The notes under the pieces were generated by a model that was given only the letters and a program-made list of their open reading frames with translations, did not search any database and was not told the origin of the DNA. DNA of 63,435 nt, the filler included, from Aduncisulcus paluster (lineage: Eukaryota), in the NCBI GenBank assembly GCA_024181965.1. It is 6 parts of 6 records of this genome, joined end to end, with 100 filler letters (N's around TTAATTAATTAA, not from the genome) between each part and the next. Parts side by side here need not be neighbours in the genome. Positions count along the whole stretch, not along the records: positions 48,558 to 59,933 come from BQXS01012694.1; positions 60,034 to 63,435 come from BQXS01012712.1; 4 more parts are not named here. One strand, given 5' to 3'. The position numbers and the translations under genes were made by a program. Of the stretch, positions 58,358-63,435 are shown one piece after another; within the stretch, counting starts at the first letter, position 1; each line of letters starts with the position of its first letter.

Positions 58358-59933
58358 ATGATGAATCTCTGTATTTTACATCGTGTGATTGTGACACGAG
58401 ATATTCCCTCATTACGACGACTTCTGAGAGAATCAACACCTTCTAACCCATCTCCTCTTCTATTTCAGCAAGATTTTGATGGAAATACTCCCCTCCATAT
58501 TGCCGTTCGGTGTGCCTATCCTGATATAGTTTTATTTCTTATTCAAAAAGGTGCTGATGTGAAGATCCCAAATCTGAAAGGTTTTCACGCTGCGCATGAG
58601 GCATTTATTTCTCCTGATTGGCGTGTTAGTTATTCAATGTTTCCTGGTTATTCTGTTCATAGTTCCTCTGTCTGGACATCACGATTTGTAGATTTCCGAA
58701 AACTTATGAGACAAATCCCAAATTTTATTTGTAATTTTGAAGTATATATTGAATTTCTTCATTTATTTAAAGGAATTCTTCCGCATTTTGAGTTTCGAGC
58801 TGCAAAATATAAAGATATTGTTGTCCTCCAAACTGATCTTGTTGGTTTTAAGAAATTACACCCGATTAAAGGTTCAATGACACTGTCATTCCGACCCCAA
58901 GGGAACAAATATACCCTTGAATACATTAATCACAAGAATAAGACATTTTTTTTGACAGATTATATGATTCGGACTGGAGAGAATTTAACTTGGCGTGAAA
59001 CACATGAAACTGTATCCATGCTACGTTATCGTGGAAGTCATAAGACGGTATTATCCTCCGATTCTCTCCGGCTTTATCCCGTGTCATCTAAACTTAGCAA
59101 AGTTGGTCATGAAATGAAACGTGACCAACAAACATCTTCCTCACTTTCAGAGGACATTGCTATTTTTAGAGATTTGAGGCACACAACAAAACAATGTACC
59201 CTTGATGGATATCATTGTTATATGGTTGATTTGCTTGGATCAACTCTTCGTCGCAGAGAGATTCAACATCCTTTTCGACATGATATGGGTCCGATGGTAT
59301 TTCTTGATCAATCAACTCTCGAGGAAAGTCCCCAATTTAAACGGCTTCAAAAGCAAGTCAAAGATGGATTTGATGAGAAAGGAAATGTCATTTCAAAGGA
59401 AAAGGTGAAAGAAATGAAAAAAGAACTGAAAAAGAAAAAGAAAGAATTGAAACGTCGCAAGAAATCGCATCACATACATAAACATATGAAAGATTCGTAT
59501 TCATCACGTAAATATAGACATGGAACGCATTCTTCCGAAAAAGAAAAGGAGGAAGACGAGAGAGAGGAGGAAGAAGAGGAGGAAGAAGAAGAAGAAGAGG
59601 AGGAGGAAAAAGAAGAAGAGGAGGAAGAAGAGGAGGAAGAAGAAGAGGAGGAGGAAGAAGAAGAGGAAGAGGAGGAAGAAGAGGAGGAAGAAGAAGAGGA
59701 GGAGGAAGAAGAAGAGGAGGAGGAGGAAGAGAGAGAGTTGGGGGAAGATGTGAATGGATCTTCGTCTCGAGATCTTAAGGAAGAGATTAGAAGACATGAA
59801 TATGGTGAACGAAGAGGTATTGTATATGAATCCGATGATACTTCAAAACATCGAAAATATATCCATACTCATGTTCGGCCAGAGATGATTGATTTAGCAT
59901 ATGAAGATAGTGAGAGGGCAATAGATACATTCG
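58358..59933 (+). CDS. Ankyrin-repeat protein, ANKRD13-like, with a long poly-Glu tract; 3'-partial
   Basis: DFDGNTPLHIAV...IVLFLIQKGADV..N.KG..A.HEA ankyrin repeats, followed by K.KD.VVLQTDLVGF.....KGSMTLSF resembling the ANKRD13 post-ankyrin domain. Confidence 0.75.
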
Positions 59934-60033
59934 NNNNNNNNNNNNNNNNNNNNNNNNNNNNNNNNNNNNNNNNNNNNTTAATTAATTAANNNNNNNNNNN
60001 NNNNNNNNNNNNNNNNNNNNNNNNNNNNNNNNN
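59934..60033. other. Artificial contig-joining linker
   Basis: 44N-TTAATTAATTAA-44N. Confidence 0.97.
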
Positions 60034-60108
60034 AATTCATTAATTTACCCCAAATATTCCGTATAATAATAACGATATAACATTGAATTGATTCCTCTAC
60101 ATTCCTAA

Positions 60109-63100
60109 ATGCAGAGCACTGAAGAGTTGACAAAAGAAATTGAAGCACTCATTGTTTCAATCAAAAGAACAGACTCTCGACCTGCCATTAAATCCCTTTA
60201 TGAAGGATCCTATTCTCGTCTCAAGACTATCTTTGATGAGTTCACTTCTTCACCCTCATCTGCTGTCCCCTCCGCTCGAGATCTGTTCGCCCTTTGTTTC
60301 GAATGTTTGTCCTTGTTCGTGAAGCATAAAGTTACAAAAGACGATGGAACTCCAGATGAGGATGATTTTGAGGTTATTCTGGATAGTTCTTCCATCCAGG
60401 ATATGATTGACTCTTTCTTGCCTTCAATGATCCGAGTTGAAGCTATTCTGAGAGTTGAACGAGAAGAAATGAAAGAAATGGGAAGAAGAAGAAGGAGCTG
60501 AAACTGCTGAATCTAGAGTGAATTCCATTACAAAGACATTGTTCAGCATTCTCAGTATCTCATCGAGAAATGTCTTATCTCAATGTATTGCCATTTTCCC
60601 CCAGATCTCCACTCTTCTCTCCAAGATGTTTATTCTCGGCCTATCTGAGAAACTTGAGGATTCTTTTGTTGAGGATATCCTCGAAACATGTAGGAATATT
60701 GCATTTGCCAAAGACGATCCCACCAAGAACTCTCTTTTATCCATTCTTCTCACATATCTTGCCATGGATGAAGAAGTATCCTGATAAGAAGTTCTTTTTC
60801 TTGTGGATGAATATCTTGAAGAACATCACAAATGATAAGAGTAACATCGACTTTGATAAAGATCGTTCTCACAACTTTGGTTTGTCTTCCACCCTATCTT
60901 GGCTATTATCAAGGACACTGCTTCCAAAGGTATTACATTTGATGATGATGGTGTAATTTGTTGTTTTATTCTTTGTAACTTGAGTTGATTCCTTCCCAAG
61001 CATTGAATTCATGCTTGCATTAAAGATGAGCTTCTTGAAAGCTGGTTTGAGATAGTGAAGAGGAAGAAAAGTGAAGGACTGGATCCTAATTGTTGGGGAA
61101 CCATATACTGGTCTAATCTCATTTCCATGCTTTCCACTATCCCATCAATAATTCCTCAACTCTCTCCCAAATATGATACCAACATGGAGTGGTGTAAGAA
61201 GAATGGAGGATTGCAGTAATGATTATACAAGATATCTTGGTAATTGTTATCCTTCTCTGAAGAAATGGTCTGATTAGTTGAAGCTATTAAGAAATGTCCT
61301 GACTCAGAATCATCCTCAATTCTCTACCACAAACATCGAGAAGATATCCTTTCTGTCTTCCTTCATTCCAATCAAAGAGTGAGATAGAAGAGCACAAGAG
61401 AGAGATAGTGTTTTGTGTTGAATGTTTAGATTGGTTTGTTGAACATACTATTGCTGGAATGCCTATCCATCTCCCAATACCCGATCTCAACAATCTCATT
61501 GACACTTTCATTGATCATCTTTCAAGAATTGAGGAAATATTGGAAGAAGCTGTTGATGATGAGTATTGTAGCATTTGTGTTTCTTATTCTTTCAAAGTTA
61601 AAGATAAACGGGATTCTTTCCTTCCCAAGATCCTTTCCACTTTCCATCGAATTCTTGAGAGAGGAAGCAAGAAGAAGTTGTCTGATAATATTGTTCTAAA
61701 TTTATTGATGACTCTCAAAAATATCTCCTTTTCTCCCTCTACTTCCACTCGATCCTCTATTTTCACCCTTATCAAACTATATGTCAAAGATTGGTTGAGG
61801 ATATACAATGATAGTGAGTGTTATGGAAAATGGATGACTATTTTGTCACAGATCACCCTCTCAAGTGATAATGAATCTCCCAACACCTCTCTTTGTTCTG
61901 AAACTTGGCCTCTTTTCCACCCTGTTCTTGATGTTGTTAAGAGAGAGTTTGTTGGGGACAAGATTGTTGAGGATGATCATGAAGAATGTTTGCGATTCTT
62001 CTCTAACTTATGTTGTGATCCTTCACATGCTCTTGTAATCTATGACAATGTAAAGCATCTTCTTGATGGGTGGTTTGAAGTTATGAAGAAGAAAGAACAT
62101 GAATGGGGAATCAAATACTGGTTCAATCTCATTTCCATGCTTTCCGCTGTTCTATCTCTTGTCCCTCATCTATCTCCCAAATATGATGCCAAGATGGAGT
62201 GGTGCAAAGAAGAATGGTATTGTTCAACTCAAATCTATAACCAATACCTTTCCAACATTTCCTCCTTCGTATCTTCTTCATATCTCTCTTCAACTCTTTT
62301 CCATTCTGTTCCAATGGTTTCATTTCTCCCATCAATTGAGACATCTTTGTGTCCTGAGAAAGATGGATATTCATACGCTTCCCATGTATGTTCTGTTATG
62401 AATCTGCATAAAACTATTCCACATCGCAAAAACAACACCTCTCTTTGTTCTGAAACTTGGCCTCTTTTCCACCCTGTTCTTGATGTTGTTAAGAGAGAGT
62501 TTGTTGGGGACAAGATTGTTGAGGATGATCATGAAGAATGTTTGCGATTCTTCTCCAACTTATGTTGTGATCCAGAACATACTCCCGAAATCTATGATAA
62601 TGTAAAGGATCTTCTTGATGCTTGGTGGCGAGTTATGAAGATGAAACAACATAAATGGGGAATCAAATACTTGTCCAGACTCATTTCCATGCTATCCACT
62701 GTTACATCTCTTGTCCCTCAACTCTCTCCCAAATATGATGCCAAGATGGAGTGGTGCAAAGAAGAATGGTATTGTTCAACTCAAATCTATAACCAATACC
62801 TTTCCAACATTTCCTCCTTCGTATCTTCTTCATATCTCTCTTCAACTCTTTTCCATTCTGTTCCAATGGTTTCATTTCTCCCATCAATTGAGACATCTTT
62901 GTGTCCTGAGAAAGATGGATATTCATACGCTTCCCATGTATGTTCTGTTATGAATCTGCATAAAACTATTCCACATCGCAAAAACAAAATCTCTTGCTAT
63001 CATGATATTATCAGTGGAAAAGAAATGCAAATCCAACATGTTCTTAAACGTGATGGATCGAGTTCTCAAGATATCCTCACACACTCTTCTCTCATCCAAT

Positions 63101-63435
63101 ACACTTCTCCTCCCCAACACATGCTTGTTAAGATGCCATTTGATGATGAGAGATCCTTGAGACAATCTGTGTATGATCTGATTGAACACACAGGTGGAGG
63201 TGTTGAAGTGATGTTTGAACAGGGATCATTATGTTGTTCGTTTGAAGAATACGATCAAGAAGCATGGAGGATAGGAATGGAAGATATTGAAGAAGAAGAG
63301 GAATCTGAAGAGTACTATATTTTTTTAGAAGTGTATGATGAATCTGAAGAATACTATATTTTTTTAGAAGAAGAAGATGAATCTGAAGAAGAAGAATACG
63401 CCTCCGATATTTCTGTAGACTCTTTTGGAGACTGA
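60109..63435 (+). pseudogene. Member of a helical-repeat protein family; 5' half (60109-61400) broken by several frameshifts/stops, 3' half an open 675-codon frame
   Basis: Consecutive short same-strand ORFs in alternating frames. The motif WG..YW..LISMLS....L.P.LSPKYD..MEWCK occurs at ~61095-61200 and twice more in 61408..63435. Confidence 0.6.
61882..62985 (+). repeat. 552-bp in-frame tandem duplication
   Basis: 61882-62433 vs 62434-62985; ends are near-identical and the middle is diverged. Confidence 0.9.

Overview
AT-rich, gene-dense, intron-poor eukaryotic (protist) DNA using the standard genetic code. The gene families (internalin-like LRR/Cys-rich surface proteins, tandem beta-sandwich + kinase proteins, long poly-Ser/poly-Glu tracts) remind me of the free-living fornicate Aduncisulcus paluster, but that is inference only. 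The window is not one locus. Five artificial 100-bp linkers (44N-TTAATTAATTAA-44N) join six scaffold pieces: 1-7559, 7660-26895, 26996-31547, 31648-48457, 48558-59933 and 60034-63435. Seven 20-N gaps each have the same sequence duplicated on both sides. Recognisable genes: cathepsin B-like protease, PP2A-family catalytic subunit (one intron), a tiny Dpy-30-motif protein, a divergent homeodomain protein, a CCDC77-like protein, a Rad21/Rec8 kleisin (one intron), a lineage-specific kinase, two LRR surface proteins, a disrupted Rab/Ras-like GTPase, a possible Sec16, a BPI/LBP protein, uridine phosphorylase and an ANKRD13-like protein. Mobile DNA: a TA-flanked non-autonomous Tc1/mariner-like element carrying a cargo ORF, and an adjacent decayed Tc1-type transposase. 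The most unusual signal is a recurring double-hairpin scar: left flank + C + inverted left flank ... inverted right flank + G + right flank, with a 2-3 bp duplication. It occurs at about five sites, once frameshifting the GTPase gene, and looks like hairpin-type transposon excision footprints.
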